Positions 52,250-63,038 of a DNA stretch of 64,000 nt are shown here, piece after piece (position 1 is the first letter of the stretch; each line of letters begins with the position of its first letter). The position numbers and the translations under genes were made by a program. The notes beneath the pieces were generated by a model. The model was not told the origin of the DNA and did not search any database. It worked only from the letters and a program-made list of their open reading frames with translations. This DNA is from Opitutales bacterium (GTDB lineage Bacteria > Verrucomicrobiota > Verrucomicrobiia > Opitutales > UBA2987), in contig CBDDEL010000011.1 of the NCBI GenBank assembly GCA_965226885.1, forward strand, positions 224,001 through 288,000, given 5' to 3'.

Positions 52250-52283
52250 AGGCTTATCCAAAGCCATCCGAGGGTAGCCTTTT
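52250..52283 (+). terminator. Possible intrinsic terminator after rpsO
   Basis: AGGCT...AGCCT stem followed by a short T run. Confidence 0.4.
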
Positions 52284-52343
52284 CATCCAGTATTCCGGGA
52301 TTTAACCCGGATGGATACGCGCCGAACCGATCGGTGCAAGCTC

Positions 52344-52401
52344 TCCGTTATAGAGACCCACAGGCATGCAAGTGCAATCATGGGTCGATCTCGATAACGG
52401 A
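52344..52401 (+). promoter_or_regulatory. Long pnp 5' leader hairpin (candidate RNase III site)
   Basis: TCCGTTAT..GACCCA / TGGGTC..ATAACGGA. Confidence 0.55.
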
Positions 52402-52482
52402 TCAGCGTTACAAGGGTTATAACATCTGTCCGCAACCGCCCAGGCAATGCCAGGGGCCAATCGCATATACCAAAAATAAACA

Positions 52483-54804
52483 ATGATTAAGCAAAAATAC
52501 TCAGTAACAGTCGAAGACCTGGGAATCACTATTGAAACGGGCACCTTGGCCAAGCAAGCCGGCGGAGCCGTCACCATAATTGCCGGAGAAACGGTATTAT
52601 TCGTCGCCGCCACGGCGGCCAACAAGCTGCGGCCCGGGCAGGATTATTTTCCACTGGGAGTGGAATATAGAGAAAAGTTTTCCGCCGCCGGTCGTTTTCC
52701 CGGTGGCTATTTCAAGAGAGAAGGCCGGCCTTCCGAGCGGGAAATCCTGACTTGCAGGCTTTGCGACCGCCCACTGCGGCCGCTCTTCCCCAAGGGATTT
52801 ATGAATGAGGTGCAGGTCATTGGGCTGCTCCTTTCCACCGATCTGGTCAACGATTCGGATATTTTGATGGTCAATGGCGCTTCGGCGGCTTTGCTCATAT
52901 CGAACATTCCGTGGAATGGACCTGTGGGTTGTGTGCGGATTGGCCAAATCGATGGGAAATTTGTGGTCAACCCGACCAATGAGGAGCAATTCGCCTCCGA
53001 TCTCGATCTCGTTTATGTAGGCAATGCCAAAGAAATGATGATGATCGAGGGGAGCGCGGAGCAAATCCCGGAAGAACGTTTTCTCGAGGCCCTCGATTTT
53101 GCTCAGCAGCAGGTCGAGAAAATCATCAAGTCTCAACTGGAACTGGCCGCCATGTGCGCCAAACCGAAAAGAGAATTTGAACTTTATAATTGCGATGCCG
53201 ATTTTATGCAGCGTGTTCGCGAGGAGGTGGGGGATCGCCTCGTGGAAGCTGTATTCCAGTCGGATAAATTGCAGCGCGAGGCGTCCGTTGACGTGGTCAA
53301 GGACAGTGTGGGAGAGGTTCTCAAGGCAGAAATCGGGGAGGACGATTACGACTCGGACCAGCTCCGCATGGCTTTTGAAACGCTGGAGGAGGAAGTTTTT
53401 CGCAGTAATATTCTCAATGATGGCCGCCGGGTGGATGAACGTTCGGGCGAAGATTTACGGGAAATTGAATGCCAGACCGGTGTTATACCTCGGGTGCATG
53501 GTTCGGCCCTTTTTCAAAGAGGGGAGACGCAGACCATCGTCATCGGGACATTGGGAACGAGCAAAGACTCCCAGGACATGGATGGATTGACGGGCGGCGT
53601 CCGCTCCAAGTCATTTATCCTGCATTATAACTTTCCGCCCTATTCGGTGGGTGAAGCGGGCCGGTTTTTCGGACCGGGTAGACGCGAAATCGGGCACGGC
53701 GCACTGGCCGAACGTTCCCTTTTGCCGGTTCTGCCGACGGAGGAAGATTTTCCCTATTCGGTGCGGCTGGTATCGGAAATCATGGAGTCCAACGGCTCCA
53801 CCTCGATGGCCTCGGTTTGCGGCGGGTGCCTGGCCCTGATGGATGCCGGAGTGCCCATAACCGACATGGTGGCAGGGATATCCGTCGGTATGGTGACCGA
53901 ATCCGATGATTCCGGGAATATCGACAAGTACGTTCTTCTGACCGACATTATCGGAGCCGAGGACCATTTAGGCGACATGGATTTTAAAATCTGCGGCACA
54001 CGGAAGGGTATTACCGGTTTTCAACTGGACCTGAAAATCCATGGACTGCGGGCTGATATCGCCAAGGAAGCGATATTGCGCAACAGGGATGTCCGCATGA
54101 AAATTCTGGATGCTATGGCTGAGGAAATCGCCGAGCCGCGCAAGGAACTGAATGAACACGCCCCGCGCATCCACCAGATCATGATCGATCCGGAGAAAAT
54201 CGGAGCCCTCATCGGGCCAGGCGGGAAAAATATCCGCCGTATCACGGAAATCAGCGGTGCGCAGATCGATATCGACGACGATAACAGCGGAAAAGTGCTG
54301 ATTTATGCGACGAGCAAAGAATCCATGGACCGTGCGGTGGAAGAAGTCGAGCTATCCACCGGCGATATTGAGGTTGGAAAAATTTACAGCGGTATCGTTC
54401 GCGGAACCAAGGATTTCGGCTGTTTTGTGGAATGCCTGCCTGGCAAGGAAGGGTTGGTGCACATCTCCGAGCTGGCGGACTTTCGCGTCGAGAATGTTGA
54501 GGACGTTTGCAAAGTGGGCGACGAAATGTGGGTCAAATGCATTGATGTGGATGATCGCGGGCGCGTGCGCCTGAGCTGCCGCATTGCCATGGCGGAACGA
54601 GAGGCCATTGAAAAAGGTGAACCGATTCCTGTCTTTGAACTGCCACCTCGCAGGGAAAGCCGCCCACCCCGGCGGGATGACCGCAGAGGCGGCCGCGATG
54701 GCGGCAGGGGCCGTGATGGTGGAAGAGGCCGCGATGGCGGCCGAGGCCGCGACGGTGGTAGAGGCCGCGATGGCGGCGGGGAACGCAGACGCTACAATGA
54801 TTGA
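52483..54804 (+). CDS. pnp: Polyribonucleotide nucleotidyltransferase
   Basis: [37 protein letters not shown] and S1 domains. Confidence 0.98.
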   Translation: MIKQKYSVTVEDLGITIETGTLAKQAGGAVTIIAGETVLFVAATAANKLRPGQDYFPLGVEYREKFSAAGRFPGGYFKREGRPSEREILTCRLCDRPLRPLFPKGFMNEVQVIGLLLSTDLVNDSDILMVNGASAALLISNIPWNGPVGCVRIGQIDGKFVVNPTNEEQFASDLDLVYVGNAKEMMMIEGSAEQIPEERFLEALDFAQQQVEKIIKSQLELAAMCAKPKREFELYNCDADFMQRVREEVGDRLVEAVFQSDKLQREASVDVVKDSVGEVLKAEIGEDDYDSDQLRMAFETLEEEVFRSNILNDGRRVDERSGEDLREIECQTGVIPRVHGSALFQRGETQTIVIGTLGTSKDSQDMDGLTGGVRSKSFILHYNFPPYSVGEAGRFFGPGRREIGHGALAERSLLPVLPTEEDFPYSVRLVSEIMESNGSTSMASVCGGCLALMDAGVPITDMVAGISVGMVTESDDSGNIDKYVLLTDIIGAEDHLGDMDFKICGTRKGITGFQLDLKIHGLRADIAKEAILRNRDVRMKILDAMAEEIAEPRKELNEHAPRIHQIMIDPEKIGALIGPGGKNIRRITEISGAQIDIDDDNSGKVLIYATSKESMDRAVEEVELSTGDIEVGKIYSGIVRGTKDFGCFVECLPGKEGLVHISELADFRVENVEDVCKVGDEMWVKCIDVDDRGRVRLSCRIAMAEREAIEKGEPIPVFELPPRRESRPPRRDDRRGGRDGGRGRDGGRGRDGGRGRDGGRGRDGGGERRRYND

Positions 54805-54866
54805 TTCCCGGTCTCTGTTTTCATAAGCGATAAGGGCGATGAGGTGAGTCCGCATCGAACCATGGC

Positions 54867-55640
54867 ATGGCCAAACCAAGGGCATTACTGACCAATGACG
54901 ACGGTATTTCCTGCCGGTTTCTACAGGTATTTGTCGAGGCATTAGCGGAAGTATTCGATCTGAGCGTGGTTGCCCCCAGCGATGAAAAAAGCTGGATCGG
55001 CAAGGCCATGAGCCGGATCGGCCAAGTCGCCGTGAAGCCTTATGAGGGGTTGAATTGCCCTGCCTGGTCTGTCAACGGCACACCGGCGGACTGCGTCAAT
55101 CTGGCGTTGGGCAATCTCTTGTCGCGAAAACCCGACATTGTTATTTCCGGCATCAACATCGGGTTGAATACGACGTTGCCCATGATTCTGTCCTCGGGCA
55201 CGGTGGCAGGCGCCCTCGAAGGGGCCTGCTGGGGTCTTCCGGCGCTGGCTTCGTCTTTGGCCGTCCCCAACGATCTTTACCAGGAACTTAAGAAAAACGG
55301 TGGACGAATGGGTGGCGAAAAAGAAGATTCCTTACGGATCGCAGCCGAAGTTTCCGCCAAAATGGCCACAGATGTGCTCGATGCCCCGCAGGAAGATTTT
55401 ACCGTCCACAATGTGAATTTTCCCCTCCCAGTGAGGCCGGACACGCCGGTTGAGCGAACGGCACCCGCGCCTAACCGGATCGGCAGTCTGTTCCGGGAAA
55501 CAGGTGAAGGTATATTTGAGTTTCGTTTTCAGCATGGCCCATTGAGGGGAACGGATGCTTTGCTCAGCGATTGGGATTGTCTGAAAATGCGGCGGATCAG
55601 TTATTCGGTTCTACGCTTTGCCAATCTTGGAAGCGAATGA
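54867..55640 (+). CDS. surE: 5'/3'-nucleotidase SurE
   Basis: TNDDG, GTPADCV, SGINIG, SGTVAGA. Confidence 0.95.
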   Translation: MAKPRALLTNDDGISCRFLQVFVEALAEVFDLSVVAPSDEKSWIGKAMSRIGQVAVKPYEGLNCPAWSVNGTPADCVNLALGNLLSRKPDIVISGINIGLNTTLPMILSSGTVAGALEGACWGLPALASSLAVPNDLYQELKKNGGRMGGEKEDSLRIAAEVSAKMATDVLDAPQEDFTVHNVNFPLPVRPDTPVERTAPAPNRIGSLFRETGEGIFEFRFQHGPLRGTDALLSDWDCLKMRRISYSVLRFANLGSE

Positions 55641-55775
55641 GGAAAACCGATAGCCTCTTAGGCGTGGCCCTGGGCGGAAATTTTTTCAGGTTGGAAACAC
55701 TGACATGAACTTTGTCTGAAATAAGTCCGACATAAGGCTTGATTTAGCGCTCCGATAAACCTATTGCCATTGCGC

Positions 55776-58700
55776 ATGGTTTTACCCTACCTGCGCCTGC
55801 GTCCCGGTTTCCTGATTGGCCTGTCTTTCGCGATTGCTCTTGCGGCCCTCCTATTTGGCCAGGAGGACGAAAATCCGACGGAGATAAAGGAGGAAAAGGA
55901 TTGGGTGGGCTGGTGGGTTATTTACCAGCCCGACGGGGATACCCTTTATATTAACGTTAAAACGCAAAACAGGACTTCCAGCTTTTTTTCCGGAGAAGGG
56001 AGCAACAGGGTTGAAAAGGGCGAATGGAAGTATGAGGGAAACCGTATCGTCCTGAATTGGGAAGGCGGTTTCAAAGATGTCCTGGCGTCGAATTCCGGTC
56101 AGTATTTGTATTATACTTTTCCGCCGGCAGCAACGCCTGATATTTCCGGGTCGGGGGGACTATTGGCCCGCCGGCTGCAAAAAGAACGCATCGGCAGTTT
56201 GCAAATACCGGAAGGAGTCGATCTTTCGGAAACCTTCGCCCGGGAAAAGGGAATGCCGCCCGACCGGAGCGAATACATTGGGTTTTGGACGGAACAATCG
56301 AGCGGCGGCGGCACCTCTTACCTCTACCTCAAACGAGGCGGAAAAGCTACCAGAGCCATCCCCGGCCGACGCGATACCGATATAGAGTCGGGGAACTGGA
56401 TGATCGAAGGGGAAAATGCTTATATCGTCTGGAACGATGGAAGCAGGGATTTCATTGGTAAAAACAACGATGGCTACACCCTTCGCGGGTCCGTCGGAAG
56501 TGGGAGAGAATACGATACCCGTTTAGAAAAAACGGAAGCCTCCAGCGCGAGGGAACATCTCAATATTTCCTTTGGTCCTGCCGCCACAACGGAGGATTTT
56601 CTCGGTTATTGGGCAATGAAAGACCAAAATGGTGACCCCTATTACATTGAAGTGGGACACTGGAGCCAGGCCATCCGCTATATTGAAACTGAAAACAGCG
56701 GCATCATTAAAGAAACAGGTCGCTGGACGATGCTGAGCAATGGAGTGCATATAACCTGGGAAGACGGCACCCAGGACACCTTGCGGATTACACCCCAAGG
56801 CATCAAATTATCCTCTTTTGCCCCCGACGCCTCAATCACCGGAATTCCCCTCAGCGAAATCCCCGCGGACCTAACCTCGAATGAAAAATTCGAAGAATTT
56901 GAAGACACCGTTGATGAAAAGCGGCTGAAAATAAGAAGGGCGGAACTGGCCTTGCTGAGGGCCAAGAATGAGGCTGAAAAGAAAGCCGTGGAAGAAGCCC
57001 GTCGCCAAGCGCAAGAAGAAGCGCGCGCCCGGGCGCTGGCTGGGGCCCGCCGCCAGGCGGAAGAAGAAGCGCGTCGATTGGCGGAAGAAGATGCCCGTAT
57101 AAAAGCACGTGAATTGGCTCAGCAAAAAGATAACCAGGAAAAGAAACGGATAGCCGAGGAAAAATCCCGGCGCAAGGCGGAGGCGCTGGAGCGCAAGCGC
57201 GCCCTGGCCGAAGTACAGCGCAAGGCGAAGGAAGAAGCGCGTCGATTGGCCGAACTGAAAGCCGCCCAACGCAAAGCGGAAGAGGAAGCGCGTCGATTGG
57301 CCGAACTGAAAGCCGCCCAACGCAAAGCGGAAGAGGAAGCGCGTCGTTTGGCCGAACTGGAATCCCAGCGCAAGGCGAAGGAAGAAGCGCTTCGATTGGC
57401 CGAACTGGAGACCCAGCGCAAGGCTAAGGAAGAAGCGCGTCGTTTGGCCGAACTGGAATCCCAGCGCAAGGCGAAGGAAGAAGAGCGTCAATTGGCTGAA
57501 TTAGAAGCGCTACGTAAAAAAGCACAGGAAGACACTCGCCGGTTGGCCGAACTGGAAGCCCAGCGCAAAGCGGAAGAAGAGCGGCGATTGGCTGAAATGG
57601 AAGCGCTGCGCAAGAAAGCGGAAGAGGACGCTAGCCGAATGACCGAACTGGAAGCGCAACGCAAGGCGGAGGAAGAAGCGCGGCGGTTGGCGGAGCTGGA
57701 CGCTCGCCGATTGGCTGAACTGCAAGCGCATCGCAAAGCGGAGGAAGAAGCGCGGCGGCTGGCGGAACTGGACGCCCGCCGGTTGGCCGAACTGGAAGCC
57801 CAGCGCAGGGCGGAGGAAGAAGCCAAACGGTTGGCGGAGGCCCAAGCGCGAGCAGAGCGGGAAGCCCAGCCTTCAGCGCCCGGCCACTTGCCCATTATTC
57901 CATCGGCCCCACCAGTTGTCGGCAGCCAAATTGCGGCCGGAGCAGAAGTCTGGCAAGTCCACGATACCGATGGAGATCCGTTTAAAATTGTTTTGAATCC
58001 CGATGGATCGGCCATCAGCACATGGGCAAAAAGCCTGGCCGGTCGAAAGGGCCAGGTGGGCCGTTGGAAAGAGGTTAAAGCGGGCAGACAAATGGGCAAG
58101 CAAATCGATTGGATCGAAGGCGGCACCTATGTCATCGCTTCAACTAAAAAAGGTTATCAATTGAGTGCCTATTCCTCCAGCAATACCAAAGGCACGAAGG
58201 GACGCCCTGTATCCGGGGCCGAACAAACCGATGGCTCATTAGTGGAATTGTGGGATGTCGTTTTCGGTGATGAGTTTGAGGGATCCACTCTCGACACGGC
58301 CAAATGGAATACCAAATTTCCCTGGAGCCAAATCATCAATAATGAGGTGGGAGGCTATAACTCCGATAGTGTCAACATTGCCGACGGCAACCTTGTTCTG
58401 ACCGCGACCCAGTCAGCAATCAACTATGGGGGGCAAGAGCTGGGCTATACCACCGGAGCGATCAATACTTACAACCTTTTCGAGCAGGCTTACGGTTATT
58501 TTGAAATCCGGGCCAAAGTTCCGGAAGGCAGAGGCCTTTGGCCCGCTTTCTGGTTATTCACTAGAAACGGTCCACCCGAAATTGACGTGCTAGACGTGCT
58601 CAGCGGTGAGCCTGACCGAGGCCACTTCAATTCCATTTATCTCGAACCGGGCGGTGGCACGGGCAAACAAAATGCTTCCCATAAGGGCATCGATTTTTCG

Positions 58701-58922
58701 CGCAGTTTCCATACCATAGGGCTGGAGTGGTCGCCCGGCGCCCTCATCTATTATATCGATGGCAAAGAGGTAAACCGTTTCACCCTCCACATACCCAATC
58801 AACCTATGTTCCTGGTGGCCAGTTTGGCAGTTGGTGGCGATTGGCCCGGCCCGGTGAGCGGTTGGACGGCCTTTCCGGCCCGTATGCAAATCGATTTTAT
58901 ACGGGTCTATAAACGCCGCTGA
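55776..58922 (+). CDS. Exported protein: repeated beta domains, long charged helical stalk, C-terminal GH16 domain
   Basis: Signal or anchor helix; EEARRLAE repeats; GH16 motifs FGDEF, YGYFEIRAK, GLWPAFW, EIDVLD, GGDWPG, IDFIRVY. Confidence 0.85.
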   Translation: MVLPYLRLRPGFLIGLSFAIALAALLFGQEDENPTEIKEEKDWVGWWVIYQPDGDTLYINVKTQNRTSSFFSGEGSNRVEKGEWKYEGNRIVLNWEGGFKDVLASNSGQYLYYTFPPAATPDISGSGGLLARRLQKERIGSLQIPEGVDLSETFAREKGMPPDRSEYIGFWTEQSSGGGTSYLYLKRGGKATRAIPGRRDTDIESGNWMIEGENAYIVWNDGSRDFIGKNNDGYTLRGSVGSGREYDTRLEKTEASSAREHLNISFGPAATTEDFLGYWAMKDQNGDPYYIEVGHWSQAIRYIETENSGIIKETGRWTMLSNGVHITWEDGTQDTLRITPQGIKLSSFAPDASITGIPLSEIPADLTSNEKFEEFEDTVDEKRLKIRRAELALLRAKNEAEKKAVEEARRQAQEEARARALAGARRQAEEEARRLAEEDARIKARELAQQKDNQEKKRIAEEKSRRKAEALERKRALAEVQRKAKEEARRLAELKAAQRKAEEEARRLAELKAAQRKAEEEARRLAELESQRKAKEEALRLAELETQRKAKEEARRLAELESQRKAKEEERQLAELEALRKKAQEDTRRLAELEAQRKAEEERRLAEMEALRKKAEEDASRMTELEAQRKAEEEARRLAELDARRLAELQAHRKAEEEARRLAELDARRLAELEAQRRAEEEAKRLAEAQARAEREAQPSAPGHLPIIPSAPPVVGSQIAAGAEVWQVHDTDGDPFKIVLNPDGSAISTWAKSLAGRKGQVGRWKEVKAGRQMGKQIDWIEGGTYVIASTKKGYQLSAYSSSNTKGTKGRPVSGAEQTDGSLVELWDVVFGDEFEGSTLDTAKWNTKFPWSQIINNEVGGYNSDSVNIADGNLVLTATQSAINYGGQELGYTTGAINTYNLFEQAYGYFEIRAKVPEGRGLWPAFWLFTRNGPPEIDVLDVLSGEPDRGHFNSIYLEPGGGTGKQNASHKGIDFSRSFHTIGLEWSPGALIYYIDGKEVNRFTLHIPNQPMFLVASLAVGGDWPGPVSGWTAFPARMQIDFIRVYKRR

Positions 58923-58945
58923 GCTGTGAGCTGAATGTTATCTAA

Positions 58946-60076
58946 TACCAAATCGCAAAAGGATTGATAAAGATTAAAAAACAGCTATAAAGGCGGAATG
59001 AGAAGATATATGGGAACCGATGAAGACCGTGAACGTATCAAGAAATTGCTCAACAAAGAGGCTGTCGGCTGGCGTAAAGAGCGTTTGGTGGCATTAAAAA
59101 TGGGCTTCCAGCCGCACCACAGCATTGATGAAATTGGAGCCATCGTGGGCCGAGGCAAAGCGACGATCCAGCGTTGGTTTGACAAATATCGTGCTGCAGG
59201 GCTCGGGGCGGTGCTTACACGCGCCTACAAAGGCGGGATCAAAAGCCGTTGCGACAAAGAGGTGGAGGCCTTCTTGCTCAATGGTTTGAAGGTCGCGCGC
59301 TGGAACACAGCCGTTCAGGCGGGGCAAGAGCTGGAGCGACATTTCGGGCGCTCCTTCGCCTACAAGACGGTGTGGCGATGGCTAAAAAAATGCGCCGGGG
59401 TGCTTCGAGTCCCTCGCCCCGTGCATGAGAAACGGGACTCGGCAAAAGCGGAAGCGTTCAAGCGAGACTTTTTTAAGATCCTCCAGGAGCTTTCCCTCAC
59501 CCGAGGCAATCGGGTTCGGGTGTGGTTTGCCGATGAAAGCCGTTTTGGTTTGCTTCCGGTGTACCGCCGGTGCTGGACGCAAAGAGGGCTTCGGCCGCAC
59601 AAAAAATATCAGACAAGATACCAGTGGAGCTACTGTTACGGAGCCCTCGACGTGGTCAACGGCGAGATGGTATGCATCCAAACCCCTAGCACGAATCTAC
59701 AGTGGACGGAGGCTTTCCTCCAACAGATCAAAAAGCAATATCCTGAGGAGGAACATGTGGTTGTATGGGACGGGGCAGGCTTCCATCCGCACGACTCGGA
59801 GCACCCCAACGTCCCCCCGGGCATACATATCGTGAATTTGCCGCCGTATAGTCCTGAACTCAACCCGATTGAAAGACTTTGGGATATGATACAGGATCAA
59901 ACGGCCAACAAACTGTGGCCGAGCATTGAGCGACTCGAAGAAGTCGTCGCAACCCATCTCAAAGACTGGTGGGAGGACACTGAAAAAGTCCTCTCTTTAG
60001 TTGGCGGAGGCTGGCAGCACATTCAAGCAAACGCTTCTGCCAAATAACTTATTATCATACCTAATGAGATTTGGTA
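58946..60076 (+). mobile_element. IS630-family element; transposase 58998-60047
   Basis: IRs TACCAAATC/GATTTGGTA; FADESRFG, WDGAGFH, PYSPELNPIE. Confidence 0.93.
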
Positions 60077-60079
60077 TTA

Positions 60080-63034
60080 GAGGCTGTCCCAAAAGGGTGA
60101 TTTTTGCGAGGGCTTTTGATAGGCGCTCATTTTAGAGGTATTTGCATTTGGGAGAGTATCAACTTTGCTCTCCTATGACGTTAGGATACTGGTTTTGGGG
60201 TCCGGTTGCCTGGTTTTCTTTGTATGAGCCGACAGTAAGGCTGTGAAAAAGTATTGTCCTTGCTTTTCCGCTCTCTAGGCCGCCGCTTTGGTTTTTAGTT
60301 CGTCTTGCTGGGCCAGCATCTTGGCTACTTTCCATAGGTTGTGCGAGAGTACCGACCAGGCTACGCTGATCGAGCGGTTGGCAAAGCCTTTGCTGCGCAA
60401 CCGCCCGGCCTGCCAGCGATTCTTCAATACCCCGATCCGCCCTTCGGTGCTGGCCCGGCGCTTTTGCAATTGCCTGAACAGTGGTTCCTCCATCCGTTTT
60501 TTCAACTGCTTCGGATCGCGTGGACAGAGCGCGTCGTAGATTCCCTCCTGGGCTAACTGCCGGCGGGCCCGCTGGGAGGCAAATCCCCGGTCCGCGCACA
60601 TGGCCGCTATGGGTTCTTCCAGGTTGAAGCGGTTCTGTCTTTGCAAACTCTCTTGCATTTGTTCATTTTCGCTTGGAGTTCGGCTGCCGTAGAGTTTCCA
60701 GTCCAGCAGGTACCCTTCAACGCTTTCTCCCAAAAACAGGGTGTTGCCGAACTCGACCTCTTGGCCCGCTTTACCTCGCACAATCACCTGCCCATCGAGT
60801 TCGTAGACACTCAAGACTTTCTCTGCGTTTTTCACCTGGCGGCCGCCAATGATCCGCTCGTGCGCCTGTTTGATGACCACCGGGATTTGCTCGCTCATGC
60901 GCTCCATCCGGGCGAGGATCTGTTGGACCTGTTTTTCGCTGTAATCGCTTTGCTCCCAGCAGGCTTGCAATAATTCCCGGTGACTGCGGGCATGCTCCCC
61001 GATCCGTTTGAGCAGCTTTTTCATCTGCCTCAAGATACCCTTGCGCTGCCGCGCGCTGTCTTTTCGCCGCCGGCTGTGGGTCATCTGTATGCACAGCCGA
61101 TTCATCTGCCGAGCCAAGGGCTCCGGTTCGATCGGCATGCGATGGCGCAAACCGGCCTTCTCGCGGATCAGCCGGATCGCTTTGAGCAACGTGCCGGCTA
61201 CATCCTTGAGTAATACCCAGTCCGTCGGCCAATGAATGTTAGCCTCCAAACAGGTGCCGTCGATCAGGCAAATGGTGGGGTCAATCGGCTTGTCCAATCC
61301 CACCTGCCGGGCCAGAAGGGCATCGCCCACCACCTCAGTCAAGGTCCGGTGCAAGGCCCTCAACTGCTCTTCGCTGAAAAACTTCGAGGCCCGCTCCAGG
61401 GTGCTTCTGGAGATGCCCCTGATGCCATCGATCTGCCGGACACGGCAAAAGTCGGCCAACAGATCGCTGCTGCCCAGAGCCCGCGACAAATGCCGAAACG
61501 AAATCCCTCCGAGCAGACGGCCCAGCGTATCCATGCGCAGTGCCTTGATGGCAAAACTGGCCCGCTGCCGCCGGGCCTTTAGACCCATTGGCGGCCACCC
61601 CTCCAAGGCCAGCTCAATGGCCTGCGATTCCACCTCCGAGTCGATCAGCAGCCGATCGATTCGATCAATGGTGGCGCGGAAGTTATCGTAATCGAGGCAC
61701 CGGTCGACCACAGTTAAAGCTGGACGCAGGAGGCATTGGATGGCTATATTTTTCATAGAAAGGGCTACATCCTTGAGTAATACCAAATCTCATTAGGTAT
61801 GATAATAAGTTATTTGGCAGAAGCGTTTGCTTGAATGTGCTGCCAGCCTCCGCCAACTAAAGAGAGGACTTTTTCAGTGTCCTCCCACCAGTCTTTGAGA
61901 TGGGTTGCGACGACTTCTTCGAGTCGCTCAATGCTCGGCCACAGTTTGTTGGCCGTTTGATCCTGTATCATATCCCAAAGTCTTTCAATCGGGTTGAGTT
62001 CAGGACTATACGGCGGCAAATTCACGATATGTATGCCCGGGGGGACGTTGGGGTGCTCCAAGTCGTGCGGATGGAAGCCTGCCCCGTCCCATACAACCAC
62101 ATGTTCCTCCTCAGGATATTGCTTTTTGATCTGTTGGAGGAAAGCCTCCGTCCACTGTAGATTCGTGCTAGGGGTTTGGATGCATACCATCTCGCCGTTG
62201 ACCACGTCGAGGGCTCCGTAACAGTAGCTCCACTGGTATCTTGTCTGATATTTTTTGTGCGGCCGAAGCCCTCTTTGCGTCCAGCACCGGCGGTACACCG
62301 GAAGCAAACCAAAACGGCTTTCATCGGCAAACCACACCCGAACCCGATTGCCTCGGGTGAGGGAAAGCTCCTGGAGGATCTTAAAAAAGTCTCGCTTGAA
62401 CGCTTCCGCTTTTGCCGAGTCCCGTTTCTCATGCACGGGGCGAGGGACTCGAAGCACCCCGGCGCATTTTTTTAGCCATCGCCACACCGTCTTGTAGGCG
62501 AAGGAGCGCCCGAAATGTCGCTCCAGCTCTTGCCCCGCCTGAACGGCTGTGTTCCAGCGCGCGACCTTCAAACCATTGAGCAAGAAGGCCTCCACCTCTT
62601 TGTCGCAACGGCTTTTGATCCCGCCTTTGTAGGCGCGTGTAAGCACCGCCCCGAGCCCTGCAGCACGATATTTGTCAAACCAACGCTGGATCGTCGCTTT
62701 GCCTCGGCCCACGATGGCTCCAATTTCATCAATGCTGTGGTGCGGCTGGAAGCCCATTTTTAATGCCACCAAACGCTCTTTACGCCAGCCTCTTTGTTGA
62801 GCAATTTCTTGATGCGTTCACGGTCTTCATCGGTTCCAATATATCTGTTCCAATATATCTTCTCATTCCGCCTTTATAGCTGTTTTTTAATCTTTATCAA
62901 TCCTTTTGCGATTTGGTATAACTCAATTATAGAACCCTTTTTTGGCCGGATCGAGCAAAAACTTGCTCTTTCCGGCTCTTTTTATCAACGTCATCCAGTT
63001 GACTATAAAATCTTTATATTTTTGGGACAGCCTC
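60080..63034 (-). mobile_element. IS5/IS1182-like element (transposase 60275-61756) carrying an IS630 in its leader
   Basis: Both IRs present; near-identical to the other copies. Confidence 0.92.
61781..62918 (-). mobile_element. IS630 copy 2, 5'-frameshifted
   Basis: Relative to copy 1: 14-bp duplication (62833-62860) and 7-bp deletion near 62790; flanked by TAA/TAA. Confidence 0.92.
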
Positions 63035-63038
63035 TATC

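Noticed and set aside
56950..57860. Repeat array as a CRISPR or ncRNA array
   Set aside because: The repeats are in-frame and degenerate at synonymous sites, without unique spacers or cas genes.
61757..61786. N-terminally extended 503-aa transposase
   Set aside because: The extension is a by-product of the rearranged leader; other copies start at MKNIA.
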